A DNA stretch of 38,491 nt, from assembly GCA_020184695.1 (NCBI GenBank), contig JAANOX010000274.1, positions 1 to 38,491 on the forward strand. The letters are read 5' to 3'. This DNA is from Histomonas meleagridis 2922-C6/04-290x. Lineage: Eukaryota > Protista > Parabasalia. The notes under the pieces were generated by a model. It ran no database searches. It had not been told where the DNA came from and saw only the letters and a program-made list of their open reading frames with translations. The number at the start of each line of letters is the position of its first letter. The first letter of the stretch is position 1. The position numbers and the translations under genes are program-made. Shown here one piece after another: positions 23,686 to 35,503 of the stretch.

Positions 23686-25679
23686 TTATATGAAATCTTG
23701 ATGGTTCTTTTCTCCTGCCAACATAAGTGCTGTTTTAAACAATTAAAATAATTTTTATATATTGTTTTTGAAAAATCAAATTATTGAAATTTATATGAAA
23801 TAAAACATTAAAATATTTTTAGCTTCAACATTAATTCTTTTATGCTATAGAAGTAACTTAACAATTTCTATATCCCCATAAACAGATGATGTCATAAGTG
23901 GGGTCCAAAATATTTTAAATTAATTCCAAATATCATTATGAAATACAAAAATATTTGAAAAAATTTTGAGAAAAATAAATAAATATCACGAATATTGATA
24001 TCAATTCCTTTTTGTTCAAGAAGTAATTTAACTATTTCTGTTTGACCATTAGCAACAGCTCCTAAAAGAGGAGAATAGAATAAAATGATTTAATTCCACA
24101 ACTAAATTATTCAAAAAAATTTCAATCAAAATAAAGAAATCTCTTTATTGTTGGTGTCAATTTCGTTACATGCAAGAAGCAATTTAACTATATCTATAAA
24201 CCCTTTCGAAGATACTTCGAAAAGTGATGGTTGTAATATAATAAATAAAAGTTATAATAAAATATATTTATGGAATATAAAATATGAAACAAACACCAAA
24301 CATAAAATATTTATATTAAATTTAGAATTTACATTAATTCCTTCTTGTTTAAGAACATATTTAACAAGATCTGTATGACCAAACATACATCCGCCTATAA
24401 GTGCAACGCCAAAAATGATAAATAAAACTTAAGCATTATTTTATAACATCAAATTATTGGAATTAATATCAATTTTATTTCCTTTTGTTTCTAAAATATT
24501 TCTAAAAAGATCAACATTTCCTTCGTTTATTATATAAAAATTATAATCTTCTAAGAGTAGAGGATTCTTTCGATAAAATTTTGTAAAAATTAAACATCCT
24601 GAAATTATTGAAGCACTAATAATATCTCTATCTATTGTTAGACCATTATCAATCAAAAAATCAAATATTTCATAATTGTAATAAATAAGACATTGTCTTC
24701 CTAAATCTTCTAAATTATTATTTCTACAAATTTGGTTTTCATAAAGATACTTAAAAATATCATTTTGATAAAATTTTATTGCTGTTTCATATGCATCTTC
24801 AAATGTTGAATGATTTTGTTCACATAAATGAATGATTTCTATATTTCCACCTGCAACTGCATATTTACCTTACTTTTCCATGTTGGCATTATTCATAAGT
24901 AAATATTTAAAACATTTGATTGAAGAAAAAAATGCTGCATAATCAATTAATGAGACATAACCTTCATTAATAAAAGAACATCTTTCATAAAGTGATGACA
25001 AAATTGGATCATTGAAATAAAATCCATTACTTGATGATATTTTTTGAAGTTTTTCAATTTCATCATTTCGAATTATTTTTGCAATGTTATCTTGATTGAT
25101 TCCTTCATGAATTAATTGCTTATGAAGTTCCCAATTATTTGCTGAAAGTTTATCATAATGTAATAAAAAAATATAATTTTCACAATAATAAGGATCATAA
25201 TCAGGTGTAAAACGTTTTTCTTTATTTTTTGTATCTGTTTTATAATGTGCAAAATACAATGAATCAAAGCTTTGATTAATCAAATACTTAATACTTAATA
25301 CTCAATCAAATACTTAATTAAGTTTCGCTCAAACATTTCGTTAATCAAATAATATATTTCATGTGTTTCTTTTTTGAATATTAGTCTACTAAAAATATCA
25401 ATAATTTTAGTATCATTGTTGTATATTTCTTTTTCTTTGTTTTGCAGTAACTGTAAATAATTTAAATATAAATCGCAATTTCCCTTTTGTAAACAAAATG
25501 CTTTATATACTAAATTACTGACAAGTTTTTGCATGAGAACAAATAATTTGAATCATATAAATTAAGAGTTTTTTGGACTGATAATTCAATATTTTTTTCA
25601 TTTAAATTGAATACTATTTGTTTAAATTGATTAGGAATTTGTGTTTTTATTTTTTTTAAATCTAATTGGAAGAGAACAT
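23686..25679 (-). pseudogene. DUF3447-ankyrin locus C with 5 spacers
   Basis: Collinear with locus B; in-frame stops at 24870 and 23845 plus frameshifts; 90-nt modules start at 24407, 24230, 24074, 23904; spacers 45, 87, 66, 80, 81 nt; 5' end uncertain. Confidence 0.8.
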
Positions 25680-25843
25680 ATGTTCTATTTGGATAAGCTG
25701 CTTAAATTGTTCGACAAACAATCGCTTATCGTTGTCGGATGGGGCACCCCCAAATCTTGTTTCATCTTATTTTATATCACATTTCATTTTATTTTGCAAA
25801 AATTCTTAGAATCAGGGAGAGTTTAGCTGGTTTCAACTTCCAA

Positions 25844-26719
25844 ATGGAAGCGAAAGAAGAAGAAGAATTTAATCCATTTCATTTTACAGAGTTATGGAAA
25901 TATTGTCAAAATCTTATTTTAGGAACACTTTTGATTTTTTTGTTACTCTCTGTAATACATTTTTGGCTTCAACTTTTGGTCATCTTTTTAATGTATCAAG
26001 TTCTTCGTGCTTCTGAAAATTGTATTGAAAGTGCATCTCAATTTCTAAAGAAAGGAGAGATTATTCCATTATCTACGCAAACTCAAATGCTTGTTTATGG
26101 TTTTGGTGATATTATTTGTTCATATATATGTGGTCATACATTAGTCAAATTAAATACAGAGTATCATACATTTGCTGATGCAATATTATCATCAGCACTT
26201 TTATCACTGTCGTTTTTCCTTATTTTCAGTTCTACCAAACATATCGGATTTTCATTTCGTTTTTTCAAAATCACTGATATTGAAAATGGAGCACTTGGTT
26301 TATTAACAATCACATCAATTATCTTTCGCTACATCGCTGTGACACCCATTTGGATGATGTTTTTAGGTGAAACCAATCTTTCTGAATTTCCATCATGTTT
26401 TAATGGTTGGCATATTGCGTATATATTGGGCAAAATCGTTGGTTTTTGGCTTCTTTGCGTTGATTTTTCTGATGGATGCACGTGGTTCTTTCGAACATTG
26501 CTAAAGATTTCTCCATCTGGTGCAATATGCCAAAGATGCAAAGAGAAAAAGGCTGAACTGTCAACGCAATGTAATCATCATTTTTGTAGAGCATGTATAG
26601 AAAGATCTAGAAAAGCAAATGGTGAATGTCCTGTTTGCAGATATAAAATACCTCGGAAATGGACAATGCCATTTAAATTTGGAGCAATACCAATGGCAAT
26701 TTTAATATGTGTTTTCTAA
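25844..26719 (+). CDS. Multi-pass membrane protein with C-terminal RING-HC (RNFT1/2-like E3 ligase)
   Basis: Several hydrophobic segments then CQRC...CNHHFCRAC...CPVC; first plausible ATG at 25844. Confidence 0.75.
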   Translation: MEAKEEEEFNPFHFTELWKYCQNLILGTLLIFLLLSVIHFWLQLLVIFLMYQVLRASENCIESASQFLKKGEIIPLSTQTQMLVYGFGDIICSYICGHTLVKLNTEYHTFADAILSSALLSLSFFLIFSSTKHIGFSFRFFKITDIENGALGLLTITSIIFRYIAVTPIWMMFLGETNLSEFPSCFNGWHIAYILGKIVGFWLLCVDFSDGCTWFFRTLLKISPSGAICQRCKEKKAELSTQCNHHFCRACIERSRKANGECPVCRYKIPRKWTMPFKFGAIPMAILICVF

Positions 26720-26811
26720 AATTTTTGTTTTATTTAATTAATATTTGGTTTTGAAAAAAATATATATAATTGAATGCAATTATTTGACAATTTTATTTGT
26801 AAGAGAATATA

Positions 26812-27588
26812 ATGACAAATTTTTGCTCCAAGATGAATCCTAGAAAACATTTAAAATTTTTCGATATTGACTCACTAAAAGTAGAAATAAATCAGGTGGA
26901 AGAAAAAAAGAAATATTATCTAGCGAAAACGCAAAGATTAAGGGGTCAACTTCAAAATTCAGACCGATTAATCAGAAATTTAAACTCGAATTCTTCAAAA
27001 CGTTTTAAAGGTGTGTCTGGAACAGCAATAAAATCAAGAGAAGCTGAACTAGTTAGACTTGAAAATATTTTAGAAACAAAGAAAAAAGAACTTATTGAAC
27101 TCACAAGTGATGACAAATACATACAAAAACAAGAGCTACAAATTGAAATTCCTCTTCTTTATTCCGAAAAATTAAGATTGGCAAAAGAAAATAAAGAAAT
27201 CAAAAGTAATCTCACATTGTTGTCTAACAATCTAAAAACACTCGAAAAACAGATTTCAAGTATTAAATCAAATGAGAAACATATGAGTCGCTTACAAAAG
27301 GAAATTGACTTATTAACAGATAAATTTTTTGCATATCAAAAAAGCAAACTTCAACAAATTTGCATGGACCCGTTAATTGATCTTCTTCATAACAAGAAAA
27401 AGGAAGAAAGTTTTGTTCAACAAACGATGAAAGATATTGATACATTGGATGAAGAAATAAGAACAATCAAAAAGGAAACAATTGAAATCCAAAACCAAGA
27501 AAAGGAAATATTAGAATATCAGAACGAAATAATAGGGAAAATGCTTGATTCAATTCGGAATAAAATGAATTTAAACGGTTTCTCGTAA
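26812..27588 (+). CDS. Hypothetical coiled-coil protein (258 aa)
   Basis: Intact ORF with K/E/Q/L-rich heptad-like composition. Confidence 0.65.
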   Translation: MTNFCSKMNPRKHLKFFDIDSLKVEINQVEEKKKYYLAKTQRLRGQLQNSDRLIRNLNSNSSKRFKGVSGTAIKSREAELVRLENILETKKKELIELTSDDKYIQKQELQIEIPLLYSEKLRLAKENKEIKSNLTLLSNNLKTLEKQISSIKSNEKHMSRLQKEIDLLTDKFFAYQKSKLQQICMDPLIDLLHNKKKEESFVQQTMKDIDTLDEEIRTIKKETIEIQNQEKEILEYQNEIIGKMLDSIRNKMNLNGFS

Positions 27589-27603
27589 GCCGTTAATTTT
27601 CTA

Positions 27604-28599
27604 ATGGAACCAAATGAAATAGGAAAAGCAAAAGAATATTACGAAATACTTTGCAAACAATGTAAAGAATTGGAGCAATCACTTAAAAGCGAAGAATTAA
27701 TAAAATCAAGGAAGACAAATAAATCACTTGAAAATTCTATTGGAAAGAATAAAGAAATATTCGGGAATTTTCAAAAAAGAAATGAAGAACTACAAGCACT
27801 AATTTCAGTTGAGCAACGTAAATACCAAGAATTAGTAAAATTTAACAGAAAATTATCACATAAATCATTTCAAATTATTCGTTCTCAATCTTCAAATTCT
27901 TTTGATGTAGCCACAGAAGAAGAAAATTTTCAGACATTTTTAGAAGAATTTCAGCTTAATTTCCAAAATATTGCACAAGCAAATACATCTTTAAATCAAG
28001 AATTCCATCCATCAGAAGATCGCCAAAGTAGAATAAACGAACTAAACACAAGCTTGCGAAAACTAAAGCTTAAGGAAATGAATCTCAATCAGAAGCTTAA
28101 TGATTACCAAATACAACTTAAAGATGAGAAATTACAACACATACAAGAAATCAAAAGGGCCAAATCCACACGTCAGCTTCACACAACTCGCCTTTATCTT
28201 CATAAACGACTTGGATATCTTCAAAGTGAAATTTCAAAAAAAAATATAGAACTAAGAACAGCCCAACGCAAAAAAGACGAGATCCACAAACGCTTCCAGC
28301 TCCTTCTTGAAGATGATCCTGGTGATGGGACAGGCGAATCAGCAAAGCTTTTGCTTTTGTCCAAAATCATTCAAATCGACAACGACCGTTTAGAAAGACG
28401 AACTTTGGAAATGGAAATCGAAAAACAACTAACAAATGAATTAAAAAACGAGCTAGAGCTTGTTGACAAAAGTATAATAATGTTAAAAGAATATCACGAA
28501 ACAAAAATGGGTGAGTTAAATCAAGAATTAAAAGACTCATCAAATGATGGATATTTACAATTATTGAAAAACGAATACTCTCAGTTGGTTTCTAGCTAA
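27604..28599 (+). CDS. Hypothetical coiled-coil protein (331 aa)
   Basis: Intact ORF with K/E/Q/L-rich heptad-like composition. Confidence 0.65.
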   Translation: MEPNEIGKAKEYYEILCKQCKELEQSLKSEELIKSRKTNKSLENSIGKNKEIFGNFQKRNEELQALISVEQRKYQELVKFNRKLSHKSFQIIRSQSSNSFDVATEEENFQTFLEEFQLNFQNIAQANTSLNQEFHPSEDRQSRINELNTSLRKLKLKEMNLNQKLNDYQIQLKDEKLQHIQEIKRAKSTRQLHTTRLYLHKRLGYLQSEISKKNIELRTAQRKKDEIHKRFQLLLEDDPGDGTGESAKLLLLSKIIQIDNDRLERRTLEMEIEKQLTNELKNELELVDKSIIMLKEYHETKMGELNQELKDSSNDGYLQLLKNEYSQLVSS

Positions 28600-28966
28600 G
28601 ATAGATGCTAACTTAATCGATTAATCGAATGAAAAACATTTTTTGTAATTATGCTCCAAAAATTCGTTGGAAATAATTTTTCTGTTTCATCATTTAAATG
28701 TATGTGAAAAAATACATCAATAATCTTTATATATGATTGTAATAAATTTTGAAATTGTTTTAATTTTTTTACATGTGTTTGAATGCATTTTAAAATATTT
28801 TAATCAGTTGTAATCATATTATATGTTAAATCGAAAAATGTTAAAACAATTTTCTTGTTTAAGAAACATGAAACATATAAAGCAACAAGACAAAATTATT
28901 TTTTTTCTTTTACTTGAATAATTTTCATTTGTTGTTCCTTAAATAAGTATGTTTTTGCCAATATTT

Positions 28967-31061
28967 TTAAGAAAAAATGCAAAATTTTTTAAACAAATTG
29001 AGAATATAAATAATAAACTTCAAATAAGACAAATGATCATTTCCTTCTATTTTAACATCATTTTTTTGTTGGTATTCATTAAGTAATTTAACTATTTCAT
29101 TATGATTATTCGAATAAGCATAGTTAAGAGCTGTAAAAAATATTTTAAATAATTTCCAAATAATGTTTTGAAATATAAAATTATTAATGTAAATTTTAAA
29201 TAAAACATATAAACATCAATATTATTTATATTAATTCCTTTTTGTTCAAGAAGTAATTGAACTATTTTTATATGACCCTTTTGAGATGCCAACATCAGTG
29301 CTGTTTGAAATATTTTTAACAATTTCCAAATATTAGACTAAAATATAAAATTATTAAAATAAATATTAAATAAAACTAGTGAATGTTTAGAACATTCATA
29401 TCAATTCCTTTTTGTTTAAGAAGTAATTCAACAATTTCTGTGTGACATTTTTCAGATGCATAAATAAGTGCTGTTTTAAATTATTTGAACAATTTCCAAA
29501 TTATAAATGGGAAAATTAAAATTTTAAAATAAACATCAAATGATAATGAAAAATATCTTTAGAATTAATATCAATTCCATTTTGTTCAAGAAGAAATTTT
29601 ACGATTTCAGTCTTATTAAATTGTGCTGCATAAATAAGTGCAGTTCGAAATAAATAAAATAGTTTTCAAATATTTCGTTAAAATATCAAATTATTATATT
29701 AAACTTTAAATAAAGCATATAAATGCTTTTAGCATTAATATCAATTCCTTTTTGTTTAAGAAGTAATTTTACTATTTCAGTATAACCAAAATTAGATGCA
29801 AAAATGAGTGCTGTAAAAAATAATTTTTGTTTATTCCAAATATAATTTTGAAATACCATTTTATTAAAATAAATATCAAAAGAAACAAATAAGCATCTTT
29901 AGTATTAATATCAATACATTTTAGTTCCAAAATATATTCAACAAGTTCAATATTTCCTGATTCTGAAGCTGAAACTAAAATATCTTTAGGAACTTCATTT
30001 GTTTCAAGAAAATATTTTACTAGAAATATATTTCCTATATAAGCTATCAACAAAATAAAATTACGATTAATTTGCAATCCTTCTTTGAGTAAAAACGATA
30101 AAATTTCATAATTATGATTTAAAATACATTCGTCTCCTAATTCTTCTAAATAATTATTTGCATTTGCTTTATTTTCATAAAAATATTTAAAAATATCATT
30201 CCGATGATATTCAATTGCTGTATCATAAACATCTTTAAATGATAAATGATTTTGTTCGCATAAATGAATAATTTCTTCATTTCCACCAGCAACGGCATAC
30301 TTAAATGTATTTTCCATGTTGGCATTATTCATAAGCAAATATTTAAAACATTTAACTGAACCAAAATATGATGCATAATCAATTAATGAAACTCCGTCAT
30401 TAATAAATGAATATCTTTCATAAAGTGATTCAAAAATTTTTTGATTAAAATTAAAATTTGTTTGTGATGATATTTCTTGAAGCTTTTCTATTTCATCATT
30501 TCGAATGATTTTCGCAATTTCATTCGGACTATGTCCTTCTTCAATTAATTTCTTATGAAGTGCCCAATCATTCTTTGAGAGATCTTTATAATTTTCCCAA
30601 AAGGTCCTTTCAATTAAATCAATACTTGTTGAAGTAGATTCAACGTTCTTATTATAAAAGTTCTTTTTGTTTTCTTCATCTGTTTTATGATGTGCAAAAT
30701 AATATGTTTGAATGTTTGCAATAATAATGGGATCATTTAAATTTTTATTAATCATTTGTTCAATTAGAAAATATGATTCTTGTGATTTATATTTTAAGAT
30801 ATAGTTAGTAAAAACTTGAATAATATTAGATTTACTTTTTAGTTCTTCTTCTTTGCTTTGAATCGTTTCTAAATATTTTATGTATATGTCACTTGATCTT
30901 TTTTGTGATGGAAATACAAAGAAAATTAAATTACTTATGATTAAATTAAATGAATATGAATAATTTGAATCAAATAATTTCATTGTTTGTTGAACTGAAT
31001 AATCAAGATTTTTTTCATCTAAATTATATATAACATGTTCAATTGTGGTGACAAGTTCCAT
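28967..31061 (-). CDS. DUF3447-ankyrin locus B: intact 5' ORF plus five spacer-separated ankyrin modules
   Basis: Unbroken ORF from 31061 with DUF3447 motifs (LIDYASYFGSVKCFKYL, YAVAGGNEEIIHLCEQ); modules start at 29814, 29644, 29474, 29304, 29134; every spacer is exactly 80 nt; the terminal module ends in TAA at 28967. Confidence 0.85.
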
Positions 31062-31457
31062 ATTTTAATAAATATTCCGTTTAGAATTGTTTGAATGCCT
31101 ACAGAAGTAAAATATTCAATTTCCCTAATTGAATCTTGATATTCAGATATCGTAAATGTTTATTCAGTCACCCTACTATAAAAACGAGATTTATTGATAC
31201 TAGTGCAAATGTTGGTGTTAAATAAAATCTGTTTCATTTATTTTGAATAATAGAATTTGTTATTTTATTTGAAACAGCATATTATTTTTGTATCTAATAA
31301 TTAGCATACTAAAATCGTTAATTTGCTTCAACTATAAAATTTTGAGTGGTGTGTAGACTTGATTATTATATCAATTTGAAATTGTCTCATTATATCTCCG
31401 GAGATATACAAGTTTTCTTTTCTATAAATCCTTGAATTCCTAACACGTGTCAGAAAA

Positions 31458-33133
31458 CCCTCAAAAATTATTTAATTTCGACGTAAACTATTCAATTGCA
31501 TTCCAACCTACCCCTGCAGTTGTCGTATTTCACTGGGAAATCGATTTATATTATACTCTATTTCACGCTATTTTACATCACATTTTGTCTTTTTCATCTC
31601 TCAATCAATTGGAACCACGAAACAAATAAATAACATTGATATTGCTATTTGTGAGGCAAGAAGTAATTTTACTACATCATCATTCAAAAGTGTCAAAACA
31701 TTTTGTTTTTGAGTCAAAAATAATCGTATTAAGGGAAAATTTGAAAAGGTTTTATCACAAAAATTAACGGTTTTACTTACAAAAAACAAACGACTTGGTA
31801 AGCACATATCAACAACGGCAGCCCTGGACGTTTTTATATGCAGTTGGATCGCTGTTAACATCATAACTTCTACACAGTTTTATAGTTTTTGGTTCTGATG
31901 TGCATGAGGCAACACATTTCTCTGCGATAGACTGAAACATTGCTTCAATTCCATCACCGTTCAGAGAACTTGTTTCAAAGTAGTCAACAAAGTCTGGAAT
32001 TGTCTTTGCTTTTAGCTCTCCTTCGTTAAACGTAATTTCACGTTGTTCTAAGTCATCCATACTTCCACATAAAATTATAAGTGCCTCATCGTTATGATCT
32101 CTAATTTGATTGTACCAGAAGTCTATAGCTTCAAAAGAAGATCTGCTTGTGTTGACTGATGGGTTAGGATTTCCAACGCTAAAAACAATTATAACAGCTT
32201 GAGCATCTGTATAATACATTGGTGCAAGTGTCCTGAATTGTTCTTGTCCTGCTGTATCCCATATCGCCATATTAACTATTTGTCCATCAATGTTCATTGT
32301 TTGGTGAAAAAGCGCCACCTTCATTTTGGGGTAAATTTTGATTGAAGACACCATAAACAAAACGGTTTACAATTGCAGATTTACCAACACCAGTTTCACC
32401 TACAATTGAGATTTTCATGTTGCGAGCCATTATAAAATCTGGTTTAAATTTTGCCATTCTTAGCCAATTGAAAAATAAACGATTAAATATTTCACAAAAA
32501 AAATGAAAACTTTTTAAATGACATTTGATGGCAAAAACAATAAAATTTTGACAAAATATTTTGGGCGTTGAATGAATCTTGATCGTTATCAGCGGTTTTG
32601 AAGTAAATTTTAAAAAAGTTTTTTAACCAGTTTGTTGTTTGACTCATGATTGATTTTAGATAAGTCATTACAGCCGCGAGAATTCTTCTATTACCCCTAG
32701 GCTGTACATCACAAAAAACAAAATATGAAATTTCAAATGAAATCGGCAGAAAATAATAAGGAAAAGAAGCGAAAGAACAATCTTTGTGGCTGGTGATGAT
32801 GCATGATCATCTAAAGCAAGGCAACAGAAAAATCTGATACAATTGATAAGATAAACAGAAATTGTCAATTATCTATTTAACAGTGGTAACTGGTTTTTCG
32901 GTAAGACATTCATCGAGATGATCAGCCCACCATTCAAGATATTTTTGAAGTTTGAAGAAGAAGTTAATCCGAAACATTTTTTCAAGATATCAAATAGTTT
33001 TATAAATAAAGGACTTAATAAATGATAGTATTTTTCTCTAATTTTACAAGTCTTTTCATCTGAGAAAAAAATTTTTTTTTTCATTCAGATTTTAAGCTAT
33101 TGAATATTTTAACAAATGCTTATTTCCTTGATA
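31458..33133 (-). repeat. Segmental duplication copy 2 (inverted)
   Basis: Reverse complement of 14749-16458 with scattered substitutions and small indels. Confidence 0.95.
31809..32457 (-). pseudogene. Second atypical Rab copy, frameshifted (true pseudogene or assembly error)
   Basis: Two 1-nt deletions relative to copy 1 (runs at 32307-32311 and 32297-32298); five amino-acid differences in the C-terminal part. Confidence 0.75.
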
Positions 33134-33263
33134 TCAATAAGAATATTTATAATATTTGAAATTACTTAAATTATTCGATACAGCTTTAGATATTGCAATT
33201 AGAAATAATCATAAAGATATTGTAGATTTGCTTCAAGAAAATCTTGTTGCAAATAATACTTAA
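33134..33263 (+). pseudogene. Orphan terminal ankyrin module with partial spacer (locus E)
   Basis: Spacer-like ...ATATTTGAAATTACTTAAATTATTCGAT followed at 33180 by TALDIAIRNNHKDIVDLLQENLVANNT*; upstream part cut off by the duplication breakpoint. Confidence 0.7.
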
Positions 33264-33886
33264 ATTCTTGTGGTTCCTTATATATTTTTGTAAGAAATAT
33301 ATTATTTTTAATAACTTCATTTTGATAAAAAATTTTGATATAATGGAGAAGAATTTTTAATCACCCACTCACCTCATGTTTTTTATTTTTGAAAATTATA
33401 ATTTTTACAGGCATTTTATATATTTTTTGGGGTTTATACTCTATTATATGCACACGAAATAAAAATTTTTTCATTTTATTCATCATCAGTTTTTTCTGTT
33501 TTCTTTTGATTTGGCTTCCAATTACACCAAAAGTGACTTTGTTCTGCTTCCAAAGCTTTTTTGTATTTTTTTTATTTGTTTTCGGGAATTTATCAAAACA
33601 AATTTTAAATCCAATAATAAATACATTACAAGAAAAGTAAATATTATCGAAAAAATCGGTAATTTAGAGATATTATGGCAAAAATTCTTTATTTTTCCAA
33701 AAAGATATTTCATTTTTAAAAAATTATTGAAAGAGAGTGAAAAAAATTAAAGTTGCACAAAATGTAATTGCTTCCAAAAAGCGAAGAGCATAAAAGTTTC
33801 TGAATAAAAAATGATGAAACAAAAATAAAAATGTTTTGAATTTGACTATGTTTGTTTGTTAAACTTTTTTTTTAACCAAAACTAAA

Positions 33887-35000
33887 TTGGGAGAAAACAA
33901 TTGGAAAGATTTATTTCAAATATCAGTAGTTTTACCAAAAGGTGAAACGAAGAATATATCATCGAAAGAATTTAATGAACTTTATGAAAGTAAGAATTTT
34001 TCAGAAAGATCAAGACTTTTTTTTAAAGTTGGAAGTCAATACAAACTTTGTTTACGATTTGGTGAAACAATAATTTCAGATATTCAAAACATTCCACTTC
34101 AAGATATTTTAGTTTTAACCACAAGTTTACAACGACCAACGATTTCATCCACGATTACACCTAATAATTCATGGCTCGAATTTATGAATAATGAACAAAC
34201 TACAGAATTTACTTTACCAGTTTGTGATTTTAATGGAAATTTTTTTGTTGATTATCGTTTTTCTTTTTTAACCTTTCCAAGTCAAATTGAACTTATAGAT
34301 CCAATATTACGTACATTTGGTATTACTAAAGAACGAATATTTGTTGCTGAGTTATTTCAAGGTCTTCAAGATTTTACACATTTTGTTTTAACACTTTCAT
34401 ATAACGAAATTTTTATTGTTGCCGACATCAGCGAAAACGAACGAAAAATTGTTGAAAGACGAAGTGAAATCTTAAATGAACTTTATTTAAGTGAACTTTT
34501 ATATGGCAATTATTTACGTATTACGAAAGAATATGTTATTCCATTTTTAGAAGAATATGAAATTTTGGATTCTGAAATGCTTCTGCAATTAGAAATCATT
34601 ATTTCAACTATGGAAGTTATGAGTAACAATTTAATTAACAAATTCGAAAAAGACGCGAAATTCATCTAATTTAAGTGACATCTTTTTAAATTTCGAACAA
34701 GAAAAAGAAGTTTATGAACAATACGTTCGAATGTATGCGACGATCATTGACAAACTTTATGAATTCTCGAAAGATGAAGTTCGACGTTCACTTCTTTTAT
34801 CATATGAAACACAACCAGTTTTCGAAAGTAAATCAAGTTCAATGCTTCTTGCGGAAGTGTATCAGCGAATTGTTAAATATTATGGGAATGTTGTCGAAAT
34901 ATTAAAATGTACACCGAAAGGACACACGGATTATGAACCACTTCGAAAAGTAGAAAAGGATTTTGCAGAATTCTTAAATAGAATGAAAAAATATGTTTAA
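33887..35000 (+). CDS. DH-domain RhoGEF-like protein, one frameshift
   Basis: RRSEILNELYLSELLY and YQRIVKY...ILKCTPKGHTDY match the DH domain; removing one A at 34658-34660 joins the two ORFs; start codon uncertain. Confidence 0.7.
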
Positions 35001-35503
35001 ATAAATAAATAAATAAATAATTTTTAAATATATTTTTAGAAATGTTTGTTTTAATAAATGAAAATTTTCATTACAAAATAAGTATTCTTTGTAATATAAT
35101 CCAAATTAGAAATGTAACCGAACTTTATTAGGGAAAATGAATATGGAACATAAAATTCGCATCTTAAATACAAGAATAAAACCCAATCTCAAAGGATCAA
35201 AGTAACTTCATTCTGAATTATGAATCTGCTTTTTTAAAAATAAGAAGAGAAATCCAACCCAAATAAAAATTAAAAGCCTATGAATAGGAATTAAAGAAAA
35301 TTAGGTAAAATGTTTATTGAAATTTGTAAATAAATATTCGATGTTAATCTCGGTAAAATCTTAAAAAGTCGGACCAAGAGGATCAAGGTAGCTTCGTAAT
35401 GATATGTACACCCCTTTTATTGTAAAAAACAAGGAAGAGAAAGCAAAATTTTACCGCAATTATTGAATCGGTTCCGTTTACTATTTTTTAAACGGTCCCT
35501 TAG

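Noticed and set aside
8377-24872. TAA/TAG reassigned to Glu or Gln (several premature stops sit at Glu/Gln-like positions)
   Set aside because: Intact genes of 557-996 codons contain no in-frame TAA or TAG and end at TAA, TAG or TGA where expected. GAA/CAA to TAA changes are ordinary decay in AT-biased pseudogenes.
22753-34660. Programmed ribosomal frameshifting in coronin, Rab copy 2, RhoGEF and DUF3447 genes
   Set aside because: The shifts are 1-nt changes in homopolymer runs of mixed sign across unrelated genes, typical of unpolished long-read errors; read polishing is needed to confirm.
35150-35450. Degenerate direct repeat upstream of the CENP-C-like gene (GGATCAAAGTAACTTC / GGATCAAGGTAGCTTC)
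   Set aside because: Only two diverged copies in AT-rich DNA; not enough to assign a function.
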